Origin: Flavobacteriales bacterium
GTDB lineage: Bacteria > Bacteroidota > Bacteroidia > Flavobacteriales_F > PHOS-HE28
NCBI GenBank assembly: GCA_016788205.1
Contig: JAEUTA010000031.1
Location: 42,576 to 106,575, forward strand
Reading direction: 5' to 3'
Length of the DNA stretch: 64,000 bases
In this document: piece by piece, positions 39,068-49,500 of the stretch
Numbering within the stretch: position 1 is the first letter of the stretch
Layout of the letters: each line of letters opens with the position of its first letter
Notes under the pieces: model-generated
What the model saw: only the letters and a program-made list of their open reading frames with translations
The model's database searches: none
Told to the model about the DNA's origin: nothing
Position numbers and translations under genes: made by a program

Positions 39068-41029
39068 ATGAAAAGAACCCTACTCCTCTCCCTACCGCTG
39101 GCACTGACCTTGCCTGCGGCCGCACAGAATTCCTGTTGGACGGCACTGCCCGTTAGCGAAGGCATTTACACGGTTGAAGCCGTGGATGGTGCGCCCTCAC
39201 CCGGTAACGCCTGCCCCTATGGGGATGGCCTGCACGCCGAGTGGTACACGTTCACCAGTCCGGTGGATACCGGAGTTGTCATCAGCACCAGCTTCGGGGA
39301 GGAACCAACCGATACCCGCATTCAGGTGTACACCGGGGTCTGTGGTGCCTTGGTGTGCATGGTAGGCGATGATGATTCAGGCAACGGCTACTCCTCGGAA
39401 CTGGACTTCACCGCGGTAGCCAATGTGACGTATTATTTCAACTTCGATGACAACTGGTCCGCTGATGGGTTCCAGTTCAGCATCACCCTCTTCCCTCCAC
39501 CTCCGCCACCGCTCAACTTGATCGACTTCGTGGAGACCGAAGTACCCGGAATGACCTACTCCCTGGGGGCCGTGGACATGAACAGCGATGGTCTGGACGA
39601 CATTCTTGACCCCACGGAGACCAACGTGCACATCGGCCTTCAACAGCTGGACGGTACGTTCCAGTTCGTGGACATCGCCACCAGCCCCGCCGACCACGTG
39701 GCGTCCTGGAGCCTTTGCGTGGGAGATCTGGACAAGAACGGCGCCAATGACATGCTCTATGGCGCTGGTGATGGTGTCACGCTCATGTTCGCCAATGAGG
39801 ACGGCACCGCCTTCACCGAAGTATCCTACGACGAATACATCTTCTGCCAGCGCACCAACATGGTGGACCTCAACAACGATGGCCACTTGGACGCCTTCAG
39901 CTGCCACGACGTGGACGCCAACGTGGGCTTCATCAACAACGGCACTGGCACCCTCGTGTATAGCCAGGGCGGCTACGGTGAGACCTGCGGCAACTACGGA
40001 TCGGTCTTCACCGATTACAACAATGATGGCCTCATGGACCTCTTCGTTTCCAAATGCGGCTGCGATCCGGAAGATCTGCTCATGCCCAACTCCAACGGCG
40101 GCATCTTCACCGATGTGGCCCCTGACATGGGTTGGAACGACCAACACCAGAGCTGGAGCAGCGCTTGGGGCGATTATGACAACGACGGCGATATGGACGC
40201 CATGATCGGCAGCAGCAGCAGCACTGTGCACAAATTCATGCGCAACAACGGCGACGGCACCTTCACCAACGTAACCAACGAGGTGGGCGTGAACGCCAAC
40301 GAAGGCCAGAGCATCGAGTGGACGACCCACGACTTCAACAACGATGCCTGGCTCGATATCCTGGGCGGCGACGGAATGCTCATGAACAACGGAGACGGCA
40401 CCTTCACCTTCGACGCGAGCGTGCCTTACAATGGACCGATCGGAGACATGGACAATGATGGTTACCTGGACATACTGGATGCCGGAAGCATCCATTACAA
40501 CCAAAGCACCGGTAACAACTGGTTGCGGATCTGGCCCGTTGGCTCGGTGAGCAACCAGAACGGCATTGGTGCGCGAGTGCATGTGATCACCAACGGTGTA
40601 CACCAGATCCGGGACATAAAGAGCGGCGATGGATTCCGCTACATGAGCAGCCTGCTGGCCCACTTCGGCCTGGGAGCGGCCACCACCGCCACCGTGGAGG
40701 TGCACTGGCCCAGTGGCATCGTCGATCACATCGAGAACGTGCAACCCAACGCCACCTTGGTGGTGAACGAAGGACTGTTCAGCTCTATGCCTGAAACGCG
40801 CACCACGACCCTTAGCCTCTTCCCGGTGCCCGCCACCGACCGCATTACCGTGAGCGGTGACGATGTGAACCAGCGCATGGCCCTCATCTTCTCCATTACA
40901 GGCCAGCTGGTGCAGAGCGATATGGTGCGAGCCAGCACACTGCACATCGGCGAACTCGCCAGCGGCGTATACCTGTTGGAAGTGACGACACCAAGCGGCG
41001 TGCTGAAGGAGCGCTTCGTGAAGGAGTGA
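39068..41029 (+). CDS. CRTAC1-like protein #2: an N-terminal PPC-like domain, FG-GAP repeats, an ASPIC/UnbV domain and a T9SS C-terminal sorting domain.
   Basis: Signal peptide MKRTLLLSLPLALTLPAAAQ. DxNxDG loops (VDMNSDGLDD, GDLDKNGAND, VDLNNDGHLD, TDYNNDGLMD, GDYDNDGDMD, HDFNNDAWLD, GDMDNDGYLD). ASPIC/UnbV segment (NNWLRIWPVGSVSNQNGIGARVHV...). A CTD (LSLFPVPATDRITVSG...GVYLLEVTTPSGVLKERFVK). Confidence 0.8.
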   Translation: MKRTLLLSLPLALTLPAAAQNSCWTALPVSEGIYTVEAVDGAPSPGNACPYGDGLHAEWYTFTSPVDTGVVISTSFGEEPTDTRIQVYTGVCGALVCMVGDDDSGNGYSSELDFTAVANVTYYFNFDDNWSADGFQFSITLFPPPPPPLNLIDFVETEVPGMTYSLGAVDMNSDGLDDILDPTETNVHIGLQQLDGTFQFVDIATSPADHVASWSLCVGDLDKNGANDMLYGAGDGVTLMFANEDGTAFTEVSYDEYIFCQRTNMVDLNNDGHLDAFSCHDVDANVGFINNGTGTLVYSQGGYGETCGNYGSVFTDYNNDGLMDLFVSKCGCDPEDLLMPNSNGGIFTDVAPDMGWNDQHQSWSSAWGDYDNDGDMDAMIGSSSSTVHKFMRNNGDGTFTNVTNEVGVNANEGQSIEWTTHDFNNDAWLDILGGDGMLMNNGDGTFTFDASVPYNGPIGDMDNDGYLDILDAGSIHYNQSTGNNWLRIWPVGSVSNQNGIGARVHVITNGVHQIRDIKSGDGFRYMSSLLAHFGLGAATTATVEVHWPSGIVDHIENVQPNATLVVNEGLFSSMPETRTTTLSLFPVPATDRITVSGDDVNQRMALIFSITGQLVQSDMVRASTLHIGELASGVYLLEVTTPSGVLKERFVKE

Positions 41030-41107
41030 TACTTGTGCGTCTGTTCTGATGAAGCGCTCCGCCCGGCGGGGCGCTTCACCTTTCCGATCGACCGTTTATC
41101 TTTCGGT

Positions 41108-41644
41108 ATGCGCCTAGTGCTGGCTACCCTGTTCTTGCCCTTACAGCTGCTGGGTCAACAGCCAACGCTCCCGCACGACCCTTACAAGGCGGTACCATCG
41201 GAGGTCGTCATAGGCTTGGGCATCGGCCAGCCCTTCGGTGGTATCGGGGCACAGCTCGCTGCGCGTCCAGCGGATCAGTTGGACCTTTTCGCCGGGGGTG
41301 GTTTCGTGATGTCGGGCATGGGCTATAACCTGGGCCTGCGTGTGCGCCTGATGCCCGCATCGCCCGCGTGCCCTTTCCTTACCGCCATGTACGGCTACAA
41401 CGCGGTGATCCACAGTAATGTGCCGCACTACAACACGATCTACTACGGACCCACCTTCGGAGGCGGGATCGAATTCCACGGAAGGCGACGTCCGGAGCGC
41501 TTCTTCAGCCTACACCTGCTCTTTCCGCTACGGCCGCAGGCCTACGACGACGACATCGAGGCTGCGAAGCGCAACCCCCTCATCACCGAGATCCAAGAAA
41601 CCTGGGATGTCACCATCGCACTGGGCTGGCACTTCGGGAATTGA
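41108..41644 (+). CDS. Hypothetical secreted / outer-membrane protein (Gly-rich, probable small beta-barrel).
   Basis: Signal peptide MRLVLATLFLPLQLLGQQ. Alternating Gly/aromatic segments and a C-terminal aromatic residue (WHFGN). No family recognised. Confidence 0.45.
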   Translation: MRLVLATLFLPLQLLGQQPTLPHDPYKAVPSEVVIGLGIGQPFGGIGAQLAARPADQLDLFAGGGFVMSGMGYNLGLRVRLMPASPACPFLTAMYGYNAVIHSNVPHYNTIYYGPTFGGGIEFHGRRRPERFFSLHLLFPLRPQAYDDDIEAAKRNPLITEIQETWDVTIALGWHFGN

Positions 41645-41703
41645 GCCTCGCCCACCTTTCGGGCACGTTCTTTGGAAGACTTTCGCGCCCGATATCCCTT
41701 TCC

Positions 41704-42435
41704 ATGAAACAACTCATCGTCCTCACCCTCTCCGCGCTGTTCGTCACCCCCCTGCATGCTCAACTTCCTGGTTCCCTCAAGGGGATCGCGGATAAAGTGA
41801 AGACCGGCGGTGCCGGTGGTCTCAGCAACGATGAGGTGATCGCCGGTCTGAAAGAGGCCTTGGAGAAGGGAGCTGAGACCAGCGTGCTCAAGGGCTCAGC
41901 ATTGGACGGTTTCTGGAAGAACGAACTCATCCGGATCGCCTTCCCACCCGAGGCCGAGAAGATGAAAAGCACATTGCTCAAGATCGGAATGACGAAGCAG
42001 GTGGATGAGTTCGAGCTCACCATGAACCGCGCGGCAGAAGATGCTGCCAAGGAGGCGCTACCCGTTCTGCGCGATGCCGTGCTGGGTATGAGCGTGAGCG
42101 ATGGGTTGGCCATACTTAAGGGTGGTGACCGCGCTGCCACCGATCACCTTATTCAGCAGACCTCTGCATCGCTGCGAGCGAAATTCGCTCCCATCGTGGC
42201 CAACAGCACGAAGAAGGTGGCCCTTACCAGCTACTGGACCCCACTGGCCAACAGCTACAACAAGGCGGGCATGCTCACCGGGGCCAAAGCCGTGGACCCT
42301 GACCTTGACGCGTACATCACCCAGAAAGCCATCGATGGTCTCTTCATCCTCATCGCGCAGGAGGAGACCAGGATCCGCAAAGACCCCATGGCCCGTACCA
42401 GCGAATTGCTGAAGAAGGTGTTCAGCGGGAAGTGA
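41704..42435 (+). CDS. DUF4197-family secreted protein.
   Basis: Signal peptide MKQLIVLTLSALFVTPLHAQ and the overall composition and pattern recall DUF4197. Family assignment is by recall. Confidence 0.5.
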   Translation: MKQLIVLTLSALFVTPLHAQLPGSLKGIADKVKTGGAGGLSNDEVIAGLKEALEKGAETSVLKGSALDGFWKNELIRIAFPPEAEKMKSTLLKIGMTKQVDEFELTMNRAAEDAAKEALPVLRDAVLGMSVSDGLAILKGGDRAATDHLIQQTSASLRAKFAPIVANSTKKVALTSYWTPLANSYNKAGMLTGAKAVDPDLDAYITQKAIDGLFILIAQEETRIRKDPMARTSELLKKVFSGK

Positions 42436-42652
42436 GTCGCTAGCGTAGAGCTTTGTCCTCCGCCCGTGGAACAGCCACTTCGAATTCAGCTTGGGGACGC
42501 ACTTCGTGCAGCTGAAAGCCACGTTAGGACCTTGGCTTGCCTTCGTGGGATCCGAAACCTCGACGGATCCTACAAGGCTTTGGTGCTCTGCCGCTGATCC
42601 TCTTTCGTCGCTCGCCAAGGCTCAGCTCCGATCCTCCAACTAATTTCGTTCC

Positions 42653-43597
42653 ATGCAGGTGCGCAGAATGATCGTTGTCCTAATCCTGCTGTCCGTCCAA
42701 CAGCTTTTGGCGCAGGATCCCCTGCAGATCGCGAAAGCCGACACCCTTTTCGCGTATGGCGAGTGGAAAGCGGCGCATGCCATCTATGACAGACTGATCG
42801 CGCAACGTGATGCCGACGCCCACGTTCATCACATGCGCGGAGTTTGCAAGGATCGACTTGATATGGACGACGAGGAGGTAATGGCGGACATCAATGAAGC
42901 CCTGCGTCTCGATCCGCACCTCTTCAAGGCGCTGCTCTACCGGGCCAGTGTCTACAGCGCCATGCGCATGTTCGATCGCGAGATCGCCGACCTCACCGTT
43001 GCCTTGGAATATGCACCCGACACCGCAGGGTTGGTGAAGTGCTTTACTGAACGTGGAACGGCCCATTACAGCAGACGCGACTTCGAACCCTCCATCGCCG
43101 ACTTGACCCGTGCACTGGAGCTGGACAGTACAGCCCATGCCGCATACGGCAGACTGGCCAACACCTTGGAAGAGGTCGGCCGGGGCGAGGAGGCGCTCAA
43201 AATGCAGATCCGCTACACCGAACTGGTACCCGAAGATTGGACCGGCTACGTGAATGCGGGCTTCTATCTGGCGAACATGGGTCGCTACGAAGAGGCCTTG
43301 GAGTGGTATGCCAAGGCCTTTGAACGCGATAATGCGTCGGAGTCCTATCACCTGTGGAATAACCGGGGCTACGCGCGGTACAAGCTCGGCGACATGAAAG
43401 GTGCGCTCAAGGATGTGCGCAAGAGCATATCCATGAAACCCTCGAACGCCTATGCCTACCGCAACCTGGCATTGATACACATCGCAGAAGCCCGGAACGA
43501 TGATGCCTGCACAGCTTTGGAAAAGGCGTTGAGCCAAGGCTTCACAGCGCAGTATGGCGATGAGGTCCGGGACCTGTACCGCACACATTGCAAGTAA
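42653..43597 (+). CDS. Secreted tetratricopeptide-repeat (TPR) protein.
   Basis: A signal peptide and about 7 TPR-like 34-residue repeats (W..A...Y...I......A...Y..RG). Confidence 0.7.
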   Translation: MQVRRMIVVLILLSVQQLLAQDPLQIAKADTLFAYGEWKAAHAIYDRLIAQRDADAHVHHMRGVCKDRLDMDDEEVMADINEALRLDPHLFKALLYRASVYSAMRMFDREIADLTVALEYAPDTAGLVKCFTERGTAHYSRRDFEPSIADLTRALELDSTAHAAYGRLANTLEEVGRGEEALKMQIRYTELVPEDWTGYVNAGFYLANMGRYEEALEWYAKAFERDNASESYHLWNNRGYARYKLGDMKGALKDVRKSISMKPSNAYAYRNLALIHIAEARNDDACTALEKALSQGFTAQYGDEVRDLYRTHCK

Positions 43598-44002
43598 GTG
43601 GATAGGGGAGATCCGGGATCACTCCGTATTCCTCCTCCTCGCGACCCGTTGAGCGCATGCCTTCACCCCTTTTGTGCGGTCGGAAAAAGCGCCTGAAGTA
43701 GCCCTTTTCCTCCTCGCTCATGCACCCCATGCTGATCTATGGATATGTCGCCATCGACGGCCGGTTGCAGCCCGTGGAGGAAAGCGGTACGGAACACGTC
43801 CACGCGATCGATCCGTAAGGGCATCGGATCCTCAAGAATGGCCGTTTTCTTCTGCCCCGCGGCGGGCGCCACCTGCCCTTGCTGAAATTGACCAACGGCT
43901 TTCCTAGTGACCAATTCGCCCAGCAGGCTACCGTTGAACAGTGCTTTCCGATCCACAAAAAGGTCGATGGAGCCAGCTGCATTGAACTAGGGCGTTCCCG
44001 GG

Positions 44003-44233
44003 TCAGGGAATCCCCGGTTCGTGGAAGATATCCTCGATGTGATACGCTCCACGGGTCAGCGCCTGATCCAGATCCTCTGCGTGAGCGATGCAATTCGGCA
44101 TGTTGGCGAGGCGGTCGTTCCGATCGTGCAATAGCACATTGGGCAGCGCGATGCGGATGTCTAGCAGCATCAGCACGATCATGAGGATGGCCCATAACCG
44201 CCTGCGCCTACCTACTTCTGGTGACGTCATCAT
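44003..44233 (-). CDS. Hypothetical small membrane-anchored protein (about 76 aa).
   Basis: MMTSPEVGRRRRLWAILMIVLMLLD has a positive-inside N-terminus and one TM helix. No family recognised. Lies in a gene-poor region. Confidence 0.2.
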   Translation of the reverse strand: MMTSPEVGRRRRLWAILMIVLMLLDIRIALPNVLLHDRNDRLANMPNCIAHAEDLDQALTRGAYHIEDIFHEPGIP

Positions 44234-44385
44234 GCATCCAGGCTGCAAGTCCCACGCTGGTTAAGAACGTATCGCTCAAGGCGCCTGTACTTCTGCTCGT
44301 TCAGAACATCCGCGGGATCATTGGTCCTTATGATACGGATGGAAGCGGCCGACCTTGTGCTGCACACTTCCGAACCCAGAAGCCG

Positions 44386-44559
44386 ATGCTGTTCGCGAGC
44401 ATTCCCACCGTTACGTTCATCAATGGAGCGCTGCTCCTGGTCTCTGGTGGTTGGCTGCTGTTGAAAGGCCGAACAGCCCAAGACACCGGTCGGGCGAGGT
44501 TCTGGGGATGGGTCGCATTAGTGGCAGGGACAGCCTTGCTGCTACTGTATTTCCGGTGA
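44386..44559 (+). CDS. Hypothetical 57 aa two-TM membrane protein.
   Basis: MLFASIPTVTFINGALLLVSGGWLLLKGRTAQDTGRARFWGWVALVAGTALLLLYFR. The longer ORF from 44221 carries no additional features. Confidence 0.25.
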   Translation: MLFASIPTVTFINGALLLVSGGWLLLKGRTAQDTGRARFWGWVALVAGTALLLLYFR

Positions 44560-44656
44560 AGATCATGATGGTCACGGAGCGCGGATCAAAGGCGGATGAC
44601 CCCATTGGGCGACCCATCGTAACACCGCTGATCGCTGTCGCCTACCTTTGTGATGC

Positions 44657-45016
44657 ATGCGTCGCTTGCTGTTCGCCTTCCTCCTCGGGTCTTACGCTTT
44701 CGGCGTGATGGACCTCCACAGTTGGGCGCATGTGCCTAGGGTGCTACTCCACCTTCTTGAGCACCACAGCGATCTGGGCCATCACCACAGCGGCGCATTG
44801 GAGCATGGCCATGCCGATGATGAGGACGACCATGACCCGTTCGTGCCGCACCAGCACGAGGCGTGCACCACCCTCTCCGTGGCTAGCCTGCACCAACAGC
44901 CTGGTGGCCTCACCGCTCCCATACCTTGGCGTGCGCGCCGTGTGGTTCCCTACTATGAGGACAATGCGTTGAGCGCGTTCTCCGGTTCCAAGTGGAACCC
45001 ACCCCGACTGGGCTGA
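44657..45016 (+). CDS. His-rich small secreted protein, a putative periplasmic metal-binding protein, leading the efflux operon.
   Basis: Signal peptide MRRLLFAFLLGSYAFG, then HSWAHV, HLLEHHSDLGHHHSGALEHGHADDEDDHDPFVPHQHE (13 His in about 50 residues). Confidence 0.5.
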   Translation: MRRLLFAFLLGSYAFGVMDLHSWAHVPRVLLHLLEHHSDLGHHHSGALEHGHADDEDDHDPFVPHQHEACTTLSVASLHQQPGGLTAPIPWRARRVVPYYEDNALSAFSGSKWNPPRLG

Positions 45017-45111
45017 ATCCGCGACCCTAGCAGGTCCGCAGTTCGCGGCATGTCCGCGACACGCATCGCTGCATGATGCACTCATCTTGTGTTCAACCAG
45101 TTCATCCTATC

Positions 45112-46593
45112 ATGAACAAGTATGTGCTTTTCCCGCTGCTCTACGCAGCGCTGATGGCGTGCCAGCGACCAAGGCACGATGAGAAAGATACCCGGGGCCA
45201 CGACCACGGCGAAATGGAGTCTTTGACCTACACGCTTTACACCGATAGTGTTGAGCTCTTCGTTGAATTCAAGCCACTCGTGGTGGGGCAGGAAACCCAT
45301 TTCGCCGCTCACTTCACGCGCCTGGGCAGCCTCTTCACTCCAGTCGACCACGGGGCGGCAGCTGTTTCCCTTTCCGTTCTGGGCGCTCCACAATACGATC
45401 TTGCGGAAGACCCCGATAGCCCCGGTATCTTCCGTCTCACCCTTACTCCGGCCCAAGAGGGTCCGGCGCGCCTGGTCTTCACCCTGCACGACGGGGTGCG
45501 GCGCGATACGTTGGCCATCAATGACGCGACGGTTCACGCCACCGCGGAAGAGGCCCAACATGCTGAACGGCCCGCAGCACCAGCGGGCGACATCACCTTC
45601 CTGAAGGAACAGGCATGGCGCATCCCCTTCTCCTTGGAGCTGGTGCGTAGCGCCCCTTTCGCGCGCAGTGTTCGCGTAGCTGCTGAAGTTGAACCCGCAG
45701 TGAACGCCGAGGAGGTCGTTACAGCGCGCACCGCAGGCATTGTACAGCTGGCCGGTGAAGCGCCCTTGGAAGGTATGGTCGTGACGAAGGGCCGCACGCT
45801 CTTCACGCTGAGCAGCCAGGGCGTAGTTGGCGCCAACGCCGGTGCCACGCTGCAACAGGCCCGCAATGACCTCGAGCGCGCCAAGGCTGATCTGGAGCGG
45901 ACGGAATCATTGTACAAGGATCGACTCGTTACACAGGATGAAATGCTGCGGGCTCGAAACGCCTTCGCCAATGCGGAAGTATTAGTGAACCAGAGCGGAT
46001 CAGCACAAACGGTCTCTGCAGGGATCAACGGCTACGTACGCACGCTGCGTGTGCGCGAAGGCCAGTTCGTTCAACCCGGAGAGGTGTTGGCCACCATCGC
46101 CACCAACGATCGCCTCAGCATCCACGCTGATGTTCCACTGCGCGCTTTCGGCGTGTTGGGAGCCGTGGCCGATGCACGCATCCGAACGATGGAAGGCAAG
46201 GTGCATACGATGGCGGAACTGAAAGGTCGCGTACAGAGCGTGGGCCGCGCAGCCGATGGAGCGTACATCCCAGTGCGCCTGGAGGTGAACGGTGCGCCCG
46301 GCGTACTGCCCGGCGCCGTGATCGAAGCATGGCTGCTCTCTCCCACCGGTGCTGAGGCACTGACCATTCCGCTGAGCGCGGTGCTGGAACAAGAAGGCCG
46401 CACATACTGCTATGTGCAGACCGCTGGTGAGACCATGGACAAACGGGTCATCGCACTCGGCGGGAACGATGGGTTGCGCGTCGAGGTCAAGGAAGGGCTT
46501 CACCCCGGCGAACGTGTGGTGAGCATCGGTGCCTTGGATGTGAAACTCGCCACGGCCAGCGGCACTATGCCCGCCCACGGTCACGAGCATTGA
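45112..46593 (+). CDS. Efflux RND transporter periplasmic adaptor subunit (CusB/CzcB-like, HlyD family).
   Basis: Signal/lipoprotein-like N-terminus (LLYAALMACQ), a His-rich linker (RGHDHGEMES), then the membrane-fusion-protein architecture of coiled-coil, lipoyl and beta-barrel segments. The ORF track starts at 45073. Confidence 0.8.
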   Translation: MNKYVLFPLLYAALMACQRPRHDEKDTRGHDHGEMESLTYTLYTDSVELFVEFKPLVVGQETHFAAHFTRLGSLFTPVDHGAAAVSLSVLGAPQYDLAEDPDSPGIFRLTLTPAQEGPARLVFTLHDGVRRDTLAINDATVHATAEEAQHAERPAAPAGDITFLKEQAWRIPFSLELVRSAPFARSVRVAAEVEPAVNAEEVVTARTAGIVQLAGEAPLEGMVVTKGRTLFTLSSQGVVGANAGATLQQARNDLERAKADLERTESLYKDRLVTQDEMLRARNAFANAEVLVNQSGSAQTVSAGINGYVRTLRVREGQFVQPGEVLATIATNDRLSIHADVPLRAFGVLGAVADARIRTMEGKVHTMAELKGRVQSVGRAADGAYIPVRLEVNGAPGVLPGAVIEAWLLSPTGAEALTIPLSAVLEQEGRTYCYVQTAGETMDKRVIALGGNDGLRVEVKEGLHPGERVVSIGALDVKLATASGTMPAHGHEH

Positions 46594-49500
46594 CACCCAC
46601 GAACATGCTCAACGCGATCATCCGATACGCACTGCACGACCGTTCGGTGGTGCTCTCGCTCGCAATCCTGTTGTTGATCTGGGGAGCCATCACGGCCAGG
46701 CATATGGACGTGGACGTGTTCCCCGACCTCACCGCCCCCACCGTTGTGGTGATGACCGAAAGCCATGGCATGGCTCCCGAAGAGGTCGAACGCCTGGTGA
46801 CCTTTCCACTGGAGAGCGCGGTGAACGGTGCTGCCGGCGTACGCCGTGTGCGCAGCAGCAGCGCCACCGGGTTCAGTCTCATCTGGGTCGAATTCGAATG
46901 GGGTACTCCTATTCCCCTCGCTCGGCAGACCGTGACCGAAAAGCTCGCTACCGTGGCCGGTCTGCTGCCGAACGGGGTGAGCGAACCGGTGCTCGCACCA
47001 CAGGCCAGCATCATGGGTGAGATCATGCTGGTGGCGTTGACAATGGATAGCACGGCCACCGGCAGCGTACAGGAGAGAATGGACCTGCGCACGCTGGCGG
47101 AATGGCAACTGCGTCCACGCCTGCAAAGCATTTCCGGCGTTGCTAATGTCATCATCATGGGTGGCTTGAACAAGCAGTACCAGATCCAGGCCGACCCCTT
47201 GCGCATGAAACGGTACGGCGTAAAACTGGAACAACTGGTGCAGGCGGCCAAGAGCAGTAATATGAACGCCGCAGGAAGCTACGTGGTCCAGCATGGGCAG
47301 GAATACATTGTACGCGGCACGGCACGCACAGCGGACCCGGACGAGATCGGCGATGTGGTCGTACGTGATACGCCCGAAGGTCCTGTGCGTATCGCCGACG
47401 TCGCCGAAGTGCTCATCGGGAGCAGCGATCGCATTGGAGATGCCGCACTGGACGGAAGCCCCGCTGTGGTCCTCACCATCAGCAAACAGCCAAGCACCAA
47501 TACGCTGGAACTGACCGAACGCCTTGATGCGACGCTGGAGCAGTTGCGCCAAGCACTACCGGCTGGCGTGAACCTGCACACGGACATCTTCAGGCAGAGC
47601 GACTTCATCGCAGCGAGCATCAACAACGTGCAACGCTCACTGGTGGAGGGGTCCATCTTCGTGGTGATCGTGTTGCTCGTGTTCCTCATGAACTGGCGCA
47701 GCACCATCATCAGCCTTCTCGCCATCCCGCTCTCTCTCCTGGTGAGCGTTCTTGTCCTGGAATGGCTGGGCTTCACCATCAACACCATGAGCCTTGGCGG
47801 CATGGCGATCGCCATCGGTGCGCTGGTGGATGATGCCATCATCGACGTGGACAACGTTCTGAAACGCCTGCGCGAGAACGTGCGACTTCCCGCCGAAACG
47901 CGTCGGCCAGCGCTCACGGTGATCTTCGATGCCAGCACCGAGATACGCGCGAGCATCCTGAACGCCACGCTGATCATCATCGCCGCCTTCGTGCCACTGT
48001 TCTTCCTCAGTGGCATGGAAGGGCGCATGCTCACACCCCTCGGTGTATCCTTCATCGTTGCGCTCTTCGCTTCGCTGGTGGTGGCCATCACCGTTACGCC
48101 GGTGCTATGCCACTTGCTACTGACCAATGAACGGCAACTGGCGCGCCACAGCGAAGGCGGTTGGGTGGTGCGCAATCTGAAGCGCTCCTATGAACACGCG
48201 TTGCAAGGGGCACTTCGCCTGCGCAAAACGCTGATCGCCGGCACGGTGCTGCTCTTCGTGGCCAGCATGGTGCTCTTCTCCATGCTTGGCCGCAGCTTCC
48301 TGCCGGAGTTCAACGAAGGTTCCTTGGTGATAGCGGCGGTGAGCATGCCCGGCATCAGCATGGATCAGAGCAATGCCCTAGGCGATAGGGTGGAACGCAT
48401 TCTGCTCTCCATACCCGAGGTGCGAGGCGTTACCCGTCGCACAGGTCGTGCCGAACGCGATGAGCATACACAGGGATCGAACTCCAGTGAATTGGAGGTG
48501 CCGTTCACCTTGGGCGAACGCGGGCGCGATGCCTTCCTGACCGATGTGCGCGCCAAGCTGGCGGAGGTCAGCGGTGTGAACATCACCATCGGACAACCGA
48601 TCGGTCACCGGTTGGATCACATGCTCAGCGGTACGCGGGCCAACATCGCCATCAAGCTCTTCGGTCCGGACCTCAGCGACCTCTACGCGCAAGCCAACCG
48701 CATCCGAACGGTCATCGACGGCACTCCCGGAGTGGTGGACCTTTCCGTGGAACAACAGATCGATATCCCGCAGATACGCATCGACGCGCGACGTGGAATG
48801 CTGGCGCGGTACGGCATTCCTACGAACCACTTCACCCAGTTCGTCGATGTGGCCATCGCAGGCGAGAAGATGGGTGAGGTGTATGAAGGCGAGCGCCGCT
48901 TCGACCTGGTGCTGCGCTATGCACCACGCTACCGCGACGGCCTGGAGCCCATCCAGGACCTTCCGATGGACGCGAACATCGGGGCCGTGCCACTGAGCGC
49001 CGTAGCCGATGTGCGCAGCACGAGCGGACCCAGTACCATCAACCGCGAGAACGTGCAGCGCCGCATCGTCATCAGCGCCAACGTGGCCGGTCGAGACCTG
49101 CGCAGCGTGGTGGAAGAGATCCAGCAACGCATAGGCACCGAGGTGGATCTGCTTCCCGGATACCACCTCGAGTATGGTGGTCAATTCGAGAGCGAGGAGG
49201 CTGCGAGCCGCACACTTACCATCACGAGCCTTCTGGCGCTCGGTGTCATCTTCCTACTACTCTATCAGGAATTCAAGAACGCGCGTTTAGCGGGCATCAT
49301 CCTGCTCAATCTTCCATTGGCCCTCATCGGTGGTGTGCTCGCCGTATGGATCGCGGGTGGTACGCTGAGCATACCCGCTATCATCGGTTTCATCACGCTC
49401 TTCGGAGTGGCCACGCGCAACGGCATACTCCTGGTCAGCCACTATCGCCACTTGGAAGAAGCCGGGGAGTCGGTGGAACACGCAGTGATCCATGGCTCCG

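Noticed and set aside
39377-40945. A 522 aa minus-strand ORF antisense to the second CRTAC1-like gene.
   Set aside because: Same reasoning: the plus strand carries the DxDxDG repeats and the CTD.
42549-42571. A 7 bp hairpin, GGATCCG-N9-CGGATCC, upstream of the TPR gene.
   Set aside because: It is short, built from a BamHI-type palindrome, has no U-tract and no evident conservation signal. It is probably incidental.
46581-48175. Minus-strand ORFs (323 and 298 aa) inside the RND pump gene.
   Set aside because: They are antisense to the CusA/CzcA-family pump and have no features.
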